A DNA stretch of 63,158 bases, filler included, from Chiloscyllium plagiosum (taxonomy: Eukaryota): assembly GCF_004010195.1 (NCBI RefSeq). It is 6 parts of one record of this genome, joined end to end, with 100 filler letters (N's around TTAATTAATTAA, not from the genome) between each part and the next. Parts side by side here need not be neighbours in the genome. Positions count along the whole stretch, not along the records: positions 32,022 to 42,603 come from NC_057710.1; positions 42,704 to 53,124 come from NC_057710.1; 4 more parts are not named here. The stretch is one strand, 5' to 3'. The notes under the pieces are model-generated. The model saw only the letters and a list, made by a program, of their open reading frames with translations. It was not told where the DNA came from and did no database searches. How positions within the stretch are numbered: position 1 is the stretch's first letter; each line of letters opens with the position of its first letter. The translations under genes were made by a program, and so were the position numbers. Of the stretch, positions 37,598 to 49,570 are shown one piece after another.

Positions 37598-37920
37598 TCA
37601 TCCCCTCCCCCCACCTTTTCTCAGTCCCAACCCTCAGACTCAGCACCGCCTTCTTGACCTGCAATCTTCTTCCCGGCCTCTCCGCCCCCACTCCCTCTCT
37701 GGCCTATCACCTTTAACTTAACCTCCTTTCACCTATCGCATTCCCAACACCCCTCCCCCAAGTCCCTCCTCCCTACCTTTTATCTTAGCCAGCTTGGTAC
37801 ACCCTCCTCATTCCTGAAGAAGGACTTATGCCCGAAACGTCGATTCTCCATCTCCTTTTCCAGCAACACATTTTTAAGCTCTGATCCCCAGCATCTGCAG
37901 TCCTCACTTTCTCCTAGTTG
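37598..37920 (+). mobile_element. PLE 3' terminus. A similar copy lies at 53225-53483
   Basis: C-rich UTR, hammerhead core and tail ...ccagcatctgcagtcctcactttctc. Confidence 0.85.
37814..37841 (+). ncRNA. Minimal hammerhead ribozyme motif
   Basis: CTGAAGA-A-GGAC-TTAT-GCCC-GAAA-C-GTC; one stem II mismatch. Confidence 0.68.
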
Positions 37921-37939
37921 ATTTTATCAGAGGAAGCAA

Positions 37940-38718
37940 ATCTGATTGAACTTTGAGGAAGTGACCAACATGTTGAAAAAGGTCGGATACTTGATGTAGT
38001 TTATATGGATTTCATTAAGGCCTTTGACAGGTTCCCAAGTGGGAGACTGATGATAAATATTTCGCTCATGGGATGCAAGATAACTTGGCAAGTTGGCTCC
38101 AAAATTCGCTCAGTGACAGGAAACAGAGAGAGGTGGTAGAAAGCTGTTTGTGTGACTGGAGTCCAGTGTGCAGTGGTGTACTACAGAGATCAGTGCTGGG
38201 TCACTTATTGTTTATTATATTCATAAATGATATAGATGAGTATTATTAAATTGAAGCGAGTTCAAAAAAGATTTACCAGGATGTCGTCGAGAATGGAGAG
38301 TTTGAGTTCTCAAAAATAGGCTGGATATTTTTTCACTGGGGTCCATAGGAGATTGAGGAGTGACCTCGCAGAGATTTAAAAAAATCATGAGGGGTATAGA
38401 CAAGGCGACCAGCAAAGGTTTTTTCCCCTAGGGTGGGAGACCCAAAACTGGGGGGGTGTATTTTGCAGATGAGAGGTGAAATATTTAAAAAGGACATGAG
38501 GGGCAACTTATTACACAGTGTGGTTAGTGTGTGGAATGAAGTGCCAGAGGATCATTGTGGATGCAGGTACAGTTACAATGTTGAAAATATATTTGGGTAA
38601 GAGCATGAATAGGAAAGCTTTGGAGGGATAAGGGCCAAATGTGGGAAGAGATTTAGTTTCATGGTTGGCATGAATATTTGGATCGAAGTGTATGTTTCCA
38701 TGTTGTATGACCCTATGA
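37940..38718 (+). mobile_element. CR1 fragment with internal deletion
   Basis: DVVYMDF.KAFD joined to 3' ORF2 and UTR. Confidence 0.8.
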
Positions 38719-38719
38719 C

Positions 38720-40585
38720 TCGCACTCCAACCTCTCACCCTTGCAAAATGCAGACCTCCATTCCCTCTGCTCCAACCGCAACCTCACCATTAAACCATTG
38801 GACAAGGGTGGAAGTGGGGATGGGTGGGTGGGATAGAAAGGGGCGAGAGTAGTCATTAACCTTGATATCACCGAAGGCAGGTGCCTACTCGCAGACACCT
38901 AGCCTTATCGCCTCCTCAACCACGACCTCACCTCCCCTTACCAAACCATCATTGTCCAGACCATCCAAAATTTCACCACCTCAGGGGATCTCTTATCCAC
39001 AGCCACCAATCTCATAGTTCCACAACCCCGTAACTCAGTTGTACCTCTTACCCAAAATCCACAAATCTGCCTGCCGCAGTCGACCTACTCTCTCCACCTG
39101 CCCCTGCCTCACTGAACTTAGCTCCTCATATCGACATCATCCTGTCCTCCTTGGTTCAGGAATGCCCCACATACATTTGGGTTACCACCCACACCCTCCA
39201 CCTTCTCCATGCCTTTCATTTCCTTGGCCCCTAATACTTCATCTTCATCGTGGACATCCAGTCCCTATATATGTCTATCTGCCATGACGAAGGCCTCCAG
39301 GCCCTCCGTTTCTTCCTCTCCCACCACCTAACCAGTGGGCGGCACGGTGGCACAGTGGTTAGCACTGCTGCCTCACAGCGCCAGAGACCCGGGTTCAATT
39401 CCCGACTCAGGCGACTGACTGTGTGGAGCTTGCACATTCTCCCCGTGTCTGCGTGGGTTTCCTCCGGGTGCTCCGGTTTCGTCCCACAGTCACAAGGATG
39501 TGCGGGTCAGGTGAATTGGCCATGCTAAATTGCCTGTAGAGTTAGGTAAGGGGTAAATGTAGGGGTATGGGTGGGTTGCGCTTCGGCGGGTCGGTGTGGA
39601 CTTGTTGGGCCGAAGGGCCTGTTTCCACACTGTAAGTAATCTAATCTAATCTAATCTAATCTAATCTAATCTAATCTAATCTAATCTAATCTAATCTACC
39701 CCTCCACCAACACACATTCAATTGGCAGAACTGGTCTTCACCCTCAATAACTTCTCCTTTAAATTCTCCCACTTCCTTCAGACCAAAGGGATAGCCATGA
39801 GCATCCACTGCTATGCCTCCCTCTTCGTTGGGTACGTGGAACAGTCCATGTTCCGCAGTTACACTGGCACCATCCCCCACCTTTTCCTCTACTCCATCAA
39901 TGACTGAATTGGAGCTACCTCGTGCTCCCATGAGGAGGTCGAACAGTTCATCAACTTCACTAATACCTTCCACCCTGACCTTAACTCAGCTGGACACCTC
40001 CTGCCCCTTCCTGGACCTCTCCGATGACTGAGTTAACACGGACATCTATTTCAAACCCACCAACTCCCACAGCTACCTCCCATCTTCCCTCCTGTAAAAA
40101 CACTATCCCTTACTCCCAGATCCTCTCCCACGAGGAGCAATTATATTCCAGGACATCCCAGATGGCCTCCTGTTTCAATTTCCCCTCCCACGTGGTCGAT
40201 GACATCCTCCAGTGCATCTCCTTCAATTCCCGCACCTCCACCCTTGAACTTCACCCCTCCAAACCCCTCTGGGTAGAATCTTCCACCCCACCAATCTCCA
40301 GATACAATGTATTACCCTCTGCCATTTCTGCCACCTACAATCAGACCTCCTCACCAGAGTTATAGTTCCCTCCGCACCCCAATCTGTGTTCTGCAGAGAC
40401 TATTCCCTTGTTGCGGCCATGCTCCCCCATCCAAACACTAACCAATCCTCCACATCTGGCACCTTCCCTTGCTGTCGCAAGAGGTTCAAAACTTGTGTCC
40501 ACATCTCCCTGCACACATCCGTTCAAGGCCCCAGAAGGATCGTTTCACATCCAGCAGAGATTTTCTTGCACATCCACCCACCTGA
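38720..40585 (+). mobile_element. Degenerate Penelope-like element interrupted by an HE1 SINE
   Basis: YLLPKIHK, DIQSLY and LTLNNF-like...QTKGIAM motifs. Confidence 0.9.
39335..39698 (+). mobile_element. Full-length young HE1-type tRNA-derived SINE with (CTAAT)n tail
   Basis: A-box tggcacagtgg at 39348, B-box ggttcaattcc at 39392, CpGs retained, long pure ctaat array. Confidence 0.93.
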
Positions 40586-42250
40586 GTGTGAGTAAAACTA
40601 TTTAAAAGTCTTACCTCAGGCGTCGGGGCCTCCATTTGTTGAGAGGTAAGAGGGAGGAGCAGGGGACTGCTGGGAAGGTGATAAGACCGTTTAAAAAGCT
40701 GACCTCAGGCGTCAGGGCCTCCATTTGTCGAGAGGTGAGAGGGAGGAGCACTCTCTCTTTTTAAAGGAGCAGCAGAAGGAGGAGGCCACAGCGAGGAGCA
40801 GATGCTGCTGGGTATATATTTGGGCAACGGCTGAATCCCGAGACACTACACATGTAGTGTCTCCCACCCGTTCTCCTCCTCTAACCAAAAAAAACATACT
40901 CTCAGGAGCAGCAGAAGGAGGAGGCCACAGCGAGGAGCAGATGCTGCTGGGTATATATTTGGGCAGCGTCTGAATCCCGAGACACTACACATGTAGTGTC
41001 TCCCACCCGCTCTCCTCCTCTAACCAAAAAAAACATACTCTCGTGTGTTGCTCAGGTAAGGCGTTTCAATTTATATTTGTCATGTATCGTGTGATCGATT
41101 GAAAGTTTATTGTTAGTTGGTTAGTTGAATAAGAACTTAGAGAAGTAGTAGAAATTATTTAATTCATAAATTTGTATAAATTATTGAAATAAGTAGAGAT
41201 GGCTGGGCAGGTGATGTGCTGTAGCTGTATGATGTGGGAGCTGGCTGATCCCATTGTGAGCGGCAGTGACCACATCTGCAGCAAGTATCGGTTGCTGGAA
41301 GAACTCCGGATCAGAATTGATGATCTGGAAGCTGAGCTTCAAACACTGCGGCACATCTGGGATGGGGGAGAGTTACCTGTACGCTTTGTTTCAGGAGGCA
41401 GTCACACCCGGTAGATTAAGTAATTTAAATTCAGTTAATGATCAGGGACAACAGGGTGTGACTGTAAGTGAGGCAGGTAGGGGGATTCTGAGTTCAGGAG
41501 TGGAGAAGCCTCAGCCCCTGACCTTGTCCAACAGGTATGAGATTTTTGCTCCGTGTATGGATAAGGATGTGGACAGGATGAGCCAGCTGACCATGGCACC
41601 GTGGCAGAAGGCCATTCAAAGGGTGTGGGGGAGCAAAAAGACAAGTAGTTGTTATAGGGGATTCCATAATTAGGGGAATCAGATAGAATCCTTTGTGAGT
41701 TGGATCAGGAGTTCCACATGGTGTGTTGTTTGCCCGCAGCCAGGGTGCAGGACATCTCCAACCAGCTTGAAAGGATATTGGAGCGGGAGGGAGAAGATCC
41801 CGTTGTTGTGGTCCACGTTGGCACCAACAACATAGGCAAGGCTAGGAAGGAGGACCTGCTTGGGGATTATCGAGCACGAGGAAAGAAATTGAAGAACAGG
41901 TCCTCGAGGGTCATAATCCCTGGATTACTGCTCGAGCCACATGCTAATTGGCATAGGGATAAGAAAATTAGGGAAGTAAACACGTGGCTAAGAGATTGGT
42001 GTGGGAAAGAGGGATTCCATTTCATGGGACATTGGCATCAGTTTTGGAACCGGGTAGATCTGTACCGATGGGATGGTCTCCACCTGAACCAATCTGGAAC
42101 CAGTGTTCTGGTAAAAAGGATAAATAGGGTGGTCACTAGGGCTTTAAACTTGTGAGTCAGGGGGAAGGGAAAGGGAAAGCGACAGGGAGTTTGGAGGCAA
42201 GTAGAAAAATAAGCAGCAGGTTAGCATGTGTGTAGGGTTTAAGTTCAAGG
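40585..42250 (+). mobile_element. CR1 LINE 5'UTR and ORF1 (Zn finger/coiled coil plus SGNH esterase), frameshifted
   Basis: MAGQVMCCSCMMWE...HICSK..LLEELRIRIDDLE at 41199; CCLPAARVQD, VVHVGTNN and DGLHLN at 41700-42155. Confidence 0.92.
40765..41042 (+). repeat. 139-bp tandem repeat x2 in the CR1 5'UTR, each with a perfect 10-bp hairpin
   Basis: gagacactac-acat-gtagtgtctc at 40840 and 40979. Confidence 0.92.
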
Positions 42251-42251
42251 T

Positions 42252-43215
42252 ATAGAACATAGAACATAGAAGAATACAGCGCAGTACAGGCCCTTTGGCC
42301 CTCGATGTTGCGCCGATCCAAGCCCACCTAACCTACACTAGCCCACTATCCTCCATATGCCTATCCAATGCGAGCTTAAATGCCCATAAAGAGGGAGAGT
42401 CCACCACTGCTACTGGCATGGCATTCCATGAACTCACGACTCGCTGAGTAAAGAACCTACCCCTAACATCTGTCCTATACCTACCACCCCTTAATTTAAA
42501 GCTACGCCCCCTCGTAATAGCTAACTCTATACGTGGAAAAAGGTTCTCATGGTCAACCCTATCTAAACCCCTAATCATCTTGCACACCTCTATCAAGTCA
42601 CCCNNNNNNNNNNNNNNNNNNNNNNNNNNNNNNNNNNNNNNNNNNNNTTAATTAATTAANNNNNNNNNNNNNNNNNNNNNNNNNNNNNNNNNNNNNNNNN
42701 NNNTTCTTTGACCATTCTCTTATTCCTCACATAAGTGTAAAATGCCTTTGTGTTCTCCCTAATCCATTCTGCCAAGCCTTTCTCGTGCCCCCTCCTGGCT
42801 CTCCTCAGCCCATTTTTGAGCTCCTTCCTCGCCTGCCTGTAATCCTCTAGAGCGGAGCTTGACCCTAGCTTCCTCCACCTTATGTAAGCTACCTTTTTCC
42901 TTTTGAGTTCTTGTCATCCAAGGTTCCTTTATCTTCCCATTTCTTGCCTGTCTCAGAGGGACATATTTATTCATCACTCGCAACAACTGTTCCTTAAACA
43001 GTCTCCACATGTCTATAGTGCCTTTACCATGGAACAATTGCTCCCAATCCATGCTTCCTAACTTGTGTCTAATCGCATCATAATTTCCTCTTCCCCAATT
43101 AAATATCCTCCCATTTTGCCTAATCCTCTCCTTCTCCATAGCTATGTAGAATGTGAGGCAGTTGTGGTCACTATCACCAAAATGTTCTCCCACCACAAGA
43201 TCTGATACCTGCCCC
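42252..43215 (-). mobile_element. Young CR1 (3' end with ATAGAAC tail, gap, then ORF2 endonuclease/linker). Same 3' end at 13597-13765
   Basis: GRFFTQRVV; GEHFGDSDH...PWMT. Confidence 0.9.
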
Positions 43216-45550
43216 TTTATCATGCAATAAAGTTTGTCAATATTCAAGGTCTGAGTCCGGGTATTTTCTTCAACAATCTGGTGTGAGTTGGTAGGAGCCC
43301 TTATTTACGATTTCCTGAATGAATCTAAACTAAAAAGCGCTGCCTGTGTGATTCTAACCTGAGTCAACAGGCTGATCCCAAGTTCGGGAAAGACACTAAG
43401 ACAAGGCGGGAGTGGAAACATTGCTGCTGTAAGACGGAAATCATTTGTCGGTGACCTTGAGGGACTGACAATGGTGCCAGTGTTTGTGTTGTTTGTCTTT
43501 GTGTGTTTTTTTGTTCATTTCTCCACAGGTCGTAGATCTCTGCTTCGAAAGTGAGGAAGCAACGATGGGGTTAACAACCTCTAAATGTAAGAAAGTGGAC
43601 CAGCCCCATGGACAAGTAAGCCATGTCCTGCTAAGAAGGACCAGCCACCCCCATTTGCCCCCTTGAGAAAGATGCAGAAGCACCACAGTAAATAATTTCA
43701 ATGCAAAAGTAAGGTAGGAGACCCTCTGGTTCAGGTCAGAAATAACTAAGGAAATACTTCATTGGGCTACGAAGGTAGAAAATAACTAAAGGATTACAAA
43801 GGAACCAGCAGCAGTTGTTACAAGGAGCACATGTGGACAGGGAGCCTGTCCGAAATGGCTAAAGGAGCGAGTGTGTTTCATGGGCAAGAAAGATGGGCAC
43901 TTTGCCAAGAATTGCCCCAATAAGAAATGGAAGAACTGTGGTAAACTAGGACATAGAGAAGTAGACTGCTGGTTCTGACATGGAGGCAGACAGGAACAGG
44001 ATTTAAACTGACAGAGTAATCTCCAGCCAGTTGCCAATGGCAACCATAGTGAGCACACTCCAACCTAATTTACAGCAGATATATTTAAAGAAGTTGAGAA
44101 AGGCCATCAGCCCCCTAATAATAAAAATCACCGTCAGCTGCCTGAAAACCTTTCGTCTTCTGGATCCCCACCTTCTGCCCCACTACCTTATAATCTTTCA
44201 GTATCCTAAAGTTCACTCAAAAAGTTCCTGGACCACACAGAAGTTTCATTAACCTCTTTATTTTAGCTTACAGACCTCTGTGGATAGCATACAAGCAGCA
44301 CAGTTTGTCGCCCTCAAATCTCTCAACCCATACTTTTCACGTGAGTCATAAACAGATAAGCAGTGCAGTTAACAACACTCCATTGAATAGAGGAAGCAGC
44401 CCAAACCCCAGACACAGCCTTCAGTTTGTGCAGACAAACACATTTTAAAATTTATAGTACATTGTTATTTCAGCAAAACCTTTAGCTATTGCTTCCCCCT
44501 CTTTTCTGAAATAACCCACCTCATTTCCTCACATTTCCATCATTTTAACCAGCTTCAGGTAGTGAAAGGTGTGATGAAGATTGGATATCAGAGAACAACA
44601 TCACCAGTTTGTTTTGAGGAAAGTGTTTCAATCTCAAGTATTAATGTTTCTCAGCATTTCAATCAGAGGGGCTTTGAATCAGTGTCAAATTGCCCTGCCC
44701 TACCTGACTGTTTCTAATGAAGGATACAAATGTATTGGTTTAGTGAGTTATGCACTTACATTTTCTGCTGAAGGAATTTAAACCCCAAGACCGTGCAGAT
44801 CCCATCTCCACGCAGATTGCCCGCTTAGGACAGAAGTTTTGTGTACGTTGTTTTCCCTCATCTGAAGATACGACCTTTACCTTCACCCTCGCCCTCCTGT
44901 GACAGCCCCTTATTGTTCAATAATGTGCCACCTTCATTATGGGCACGGCACTCCAATGCTAAAGGCCAAGTTATATCGGCTGCACCTCATACGGTCCCTG
45001 TGAAATGTGGGGCCATCGTCCTCTTTATTAGACGGTATAATTTGTCACCCGCTGCCAACAAAGGTATAAAACCAGTTATTGACTCCTCCTACAGCAAGGC
45101 AGCCTGCTGCCGACCACTAGCCCATGCAACACTCCCATCTCTCCCTATCCCTAAGCCAGAAAAACTGGGGCGGTGGAGATTTGTGCAGGACTTGAGGGTA
45201 TTAACTATTACCATTAGTAACTACCATTATTCTCCCCTGCTCCCACATGGTGGCAGACACCAGTGCCATCTTTACTATCATCTCAGCTACTGTCCCTTGT
45301 TTTTCTGGCACTGACCTGTGCCCGGCCTTTTTCTCCATTAAATTGTCACCGGACAGCCAGTTCTTTTTCACTTTTACTTAAGGTGACCACAAATATAGAT
45401 GGATACATCTTCCCCAGGGGTACACGGGGAGCCCGACTGTATTTGCCTCCGCAGTACACCAGACCCTGAAAGCCCACCACCTGCCATGTAGGAGCACCTT
45501 GGTTCAGTATGCTAACGGCCTCTGGTTCACCTGATGCCTGCATGTATGAC
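43215..45550 (+). mobile_element. Endogenous retrovirus remnant: LTR R-U5 end, PBS, deleted gag, partial pol RT
   Basis: AATAAA at 43225, CAACA end at 43275, PBS 43279-43296, MGLTTSK at 43565, two CCHC knuckles 43874-43969. RT motifs: VPPSLWA, GIKPVI, SPCNTP, WRFVQDLR, LPQGY..SP, QYANG (decayed YxDD). Confidence 0.85.
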
Positions 45551-45554
45551 ATTG

Positions 45555-46971
45555 TTGAAACCAAACCAAAGGAGTAGCCATGGGCACCCGCATGGGCCCC
45601 AGCTATTGCCTGCCTCTTCGTCAGATATGTGGAACAGTCCATCTTCCGCAGCTACACTGGCACCACCCCCCACCTTTTCCTCCGCTACATCGATGACTGT
45701 ATTGGCGCTACCTCGTGCTCCCACGAGGCGGTTGAACAGTTCATCCACTTTACCAACACCTTCCACCCCGGAAATTTACCTGGACTGTCTCAGACCCCTC
45801 CCTCCCCTTCCGAGACCTCTCCATTTCTAGCTCGGGTGACCGACTCAACACGGACATTTACTATAAACCGACCGACTCCCACTGCTACCTAGATTACACC
45901 TCCTCCCATCCTGCCCCCTGTAAAAACGCCATCCCATATTCCCAATTCCTTCGTCTCCGCCGCATCTGCTCCCAGGAGGACCAGTTCCAAAAACGTACAA
46001 CCCAGATGGCCTCCTTCTTCAAAGACCGCAATTTCCCCCCCGACGTGGTCGACGATGCTCTCCACCGCATCTCTTCCACTTCCCGCTCCTCCGTCCTTGA
46101 ACCCCGCCCCTCTAATCGCCACCAGGACAGAACCCCACTGGTCCTCACCTACCACTCCACCAACCGGGCCGAAGGGCCTGTTTCCACACTGTAATGTAAT
46201 CTAATCTAAAAAAAAATCTAATCTAACTAATAAGGGGTAAATGTAGGGGTATGGGTGGGTTTCGCTTCGGCGGGTCGGTGTGGACTTGTTGGGCCGAAGG
46301 GCCTGTTTCCACACTGTAATGTAATCTAATCTAATCAACCTCCAGATACATCGTATCATCCTTCGTCATTTCTGCTATCTCCAAACAGACCCCACCACCA
46401 GGGATATATTTCCCTCCCCTCCCCTATCAGCGTTCCGGAGAAACCACTCCCTCCGCGACTCCCTCGTCAGGCCCACACCCCCCACCAAACCAACCTCCAC
46501 TCCCGGCACCTTCTCCTGCAACCGCAAGAAATGCAAAACTTGCGCCCACACCTCCTCCCCCACCTCTCTCCAAGGCACCAAGGGACACTTCCATATCTGC
46601 CACAAATTCACCTGCACCTCCACACACATCATTTACTGCATCCGCTGCATCCGATGTGGCCTCCTCTATATTGGGGAGATAGGCCGCCTACTTGCGGAAC
46701 GTCTCAGAGAACACCTCTGGGACACCCGGACCAACCAACCCAACCACCCCGTGGCTCAACACTTCAACTCCCCCTCCCACTCCACCAAGGACATGCAGGT
46801 CCTTGGCCTCCTCCATAGCCAGACCCTTACCACATGACGCCTGGAGGAAGAGCGCCTCATCTTCCGCCTAGGAACCCTCCAGCCACAAGGGATGAATGTA
46901 GATTTCTCATTTCCCCTCCCCCCACCTTATCTCAGTCCCAACCCCTGGATTCAGCACCGCCCTCTTGACCT
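45555..46971 (+). mobile_element. Relatively young Penelope-like element (RT C-half and GIY-YIG) with nested HE1 tails at 46165-46335
   Basis: AMGTRMGP, FLRYIDD, IYYKPTD, IYCIRCIRCGLLYIGE.GRLLAERLREH. Confidence 0.93.
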
Positions 46972-48063
46972 NNNNNNNNNNNNNNNNNNNNNNNNNNNNN
47001 NNNNNNNNNNNNNNNNNNNNNNNNNNNNNNNNNNNNNNNNNNNNNNNNNNNNNNNNNNNNNNNNNNNNNNNNNNNNNNNNNNNNNNNNNNNNNNNNNNNN
47101 NNNNNNNNNNNNNNNNNNNNNNNNNNNNNNNNNNNNNNNNNNNNNNNNNNNNNNNNNNNNNNNNNNNNNNNNNNNNNNNNNNNNNNNNNNNNNNNNNNNN
47201 NNNNNNNNNNNNNNNNNNNNNNNNNNNNNNNNNNNNNNNNNNNNNNNNNNNNNNNNNNNNNNNNNNNNNNNNNNNNNNNNNNNNNNNNNNNNNNNNNNNN
47301 NNNNNNNNNNNNNNNNNNNNNNNNNNNNNNNNNNNNNNNNNNNNNNNNNNNNNNNNNNNNNNNNNNNNNNNNNNNNNNNNNNNNNNNNNNNNNNNNNNNN
47401 NNNNNNNNNNNNNNNNNNNNNNNNNNNNNNNNNNNNNNNNNNNNNNNNNNNNNNNNNNNNNNNNNNNNNNNGATGGCCAGAATGAGGATAAGGCTGATCA
47501 GGGATAGTGGAGAGATCTTGTGCCTGGAGTCAGAGGAAGTAGGGGAGGTCCTTAATGAATACTTTTCTTCAGTATTCATTCGTGAGAGGGACCTTGACAT
47601 TTGTGAGGACAGCGTCAAACAGGCTGATATGTTTGAACAGGTGGATGTTAAGAAGGAAGATACACTGAAAATTTTGAAAAACATAAGGATAGATAAGTCC
47701 CTTGGGCCAGACGGGATATTCCCACGGTTATTACAGGAAGCAAGGGAAGAGATTGCTGCACCTTTGGAGATGATCTCTGCATCCTTGCTGTCCACTGTAG
47801 TAGTGCCAGATGATTGGAAGGTGGCAAATGCTACTCCCTTGATCAAGAAAGGGAATAGAAACCAGTCAGTCTAACATTAGTGGTGGGCAAATTATTAGAG
47901 AGGTTTTTGAGAGGTAGGATTTATGATTAATTGGAAAACCACAGCTTGATTAGAGATAGTCAGCATGGCTTTTTGAGGGGCAGGTCATGCCTTATAAACT
48001 TTACTGAATTCTTTGAGGATGTGACAAAACACATTGATAAGGTAGAGCAGTGGATGTGGTGTA

Positions 48064-48412
48064 CAGTAGCGCCTCGACATACGAACGACCTCGTACACGA
48101 ACACATCAGTTTACAAACAGGATTGTACATAAAATTTTGCTTCAACACACGTACAAAATTCAAGGTACGAATGAAGGGACAAATGCAAAAAGCCCATGTG
48201 CGACCATGTGGTTTCATTGTTCTGCTTTGCTACGCGCTTGATCAGGCCCCGCATGATCTCATTCAGTTTGTCTTTGGTGCGTGCGCTGTGAACAGCTGTC
48301 CAAGCATTCTCACGCTATCCAAACAATGGGAAAAATTGATTCAGTTCGCGAACTTTTCGGTTCGCGAACCGGATCCCGGAACAGATTAAGTTCGTAAGTC
48401 GAGGCGCTTCTG
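48064..48412. mobile_element. Tigger/pogo-like MITE (Tc1/mariner superfamily), 349 bp
   Basis: 23-bp TIRs cagtagcgcctcgacatacgaac / gttcgtaagtcgaggcgcttctg (2 mismatches); TA TSD at 48062-48063 and 48413-48414. Confidence 0.93.
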
Positions 48413-48785
48413 TACATGATTTTTAGCAAAGCATTTGATAAGGTTCCCCATGGTAGGTTCATTCAGAAAGTAAGGACGCACAGGAAGCAGGGAAGTCTGG
48501 CTAAATGGATGCAGAATTGGCTGGCCCATACAAGACAAAGGGTGGTAGTTGATGGAAAGTATTCAGCCTGGTGCTCGGTGACCAATGGTATTCCGCAGGG
48601 ATCAGTTCTGGGACCTCTGCATTTATGATTTTTAAAAATGACTTGGATAAGGAAGTGAAAAGATGGGTTACTAGGTTCGTTATGACATGAAGGCTGGTGG
48701 AGTTATGGAGTGTGGAGATCTGTTGTAGGTTGCAACAGAACATTGACAGGATGCAGAGACGGGCTGAGAAGTCACAGATGGAGTT

Positions 48786-49570
48786 TGAGAGAGAAAAATT
48801 TCAGGTTGTCAGGTGTATGTTGATTTTAACGAATATACAGGGTCTTTTAAGAAAACGTTTTAAGCTAAGAAATTACTTTGAGTGTTGTAGCTGACCACAA
48901 AAGGAAAAAAGCAGGAGGAGCATTTCGCAATAAGCTCATAGTTTGTAGGTCCGCTTTTTGGACTAGGAGAAAGTGAGGACTGCAGATGCTGGAGATCAGA
49001 GCTGAAAATGTGTTGCTGGAAAAACGCAGCAGGTCAGGCAGCATCCAAGGCGCAGGAGAATAGACGTTTCGTGCATGAGCAGAAGGACTCATGCCCGAAA
49101 CGTCGATTCTCCTGCTCCTTGGATGCCGCTTTTTGGACTATCAAGATAGTAAAGGATGATCTCAGAAGTCAGAAGGTTAGATAAGAAAAGAGGAACTGGA
49201 CAAAATAACAGGAAGGCTGTAACAAACAAGGACAGCCAAATAAGGCAGATTTAAAGAAAAACAAGTGAGGTAATTAATAAGTATGATAGGCTTAGGCTTG
49301 GGTGCAGGGAATTACCAAATGAAGGAATAATGGGCGCAAGTAATAATCAAATAAGGGGATAGAATGAAATAGACACTTATGATAGGTTTATTGTTCAGTG
49401 TGGGGGTGTTGATAGACCCCTCAGTAAAGTATAAAAGCTCTGTATTTTACTGTCGGGTGTGTCTCTCCTCGTAGAGCCACCCATCTTTAAAAATGTTCGA
49501 ATAAATGTGCTGCTTCGGAACTCTTTGACTCGGACTAAAATTATTGATTAAGTGGGATTCGTTTCTGACA
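48786..49570 (+). mobile_element. Solo LTR
   Basis: TG...CA termini, perfect 4-bp TSD agtt (48782-48785 and 49571-49574), TATAAAA at about 49430, AATAAA at about 49500. Confidence 0.9.
48966..49125. mobile_element. Partially palindromic PLE-terminus element nested in the LTR
   Basis: 15-bp TSD ccgctttttggacta (48951-48965 and 49126-49140); inversion near 49081. Confidence 0.9.

Noticed and set aside
39335..39410. tRNA gene
   Set aside because: The A and B boxes belong to the tRNA-derived head of an HE1 SINE, which continues into the SINE body and tail.
40780..40900. HDV-like or twister ribozyme in the CR1 5'UTR repeat
   Set aside because: ggccacagc and ctcctcgctg resemble HDV/CPEB3 segments, but I could not build the P1/P2/P3 pseudoknot on either strand.
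41700..42155. SGNH esterase ORF as a possible host or horizontally transferred enzyme gene
   Set aside because: It is the known esterase domain of CR1 ORF1, preceded by the CR1 Zn-finger/coiled-coil region and frameshifted.
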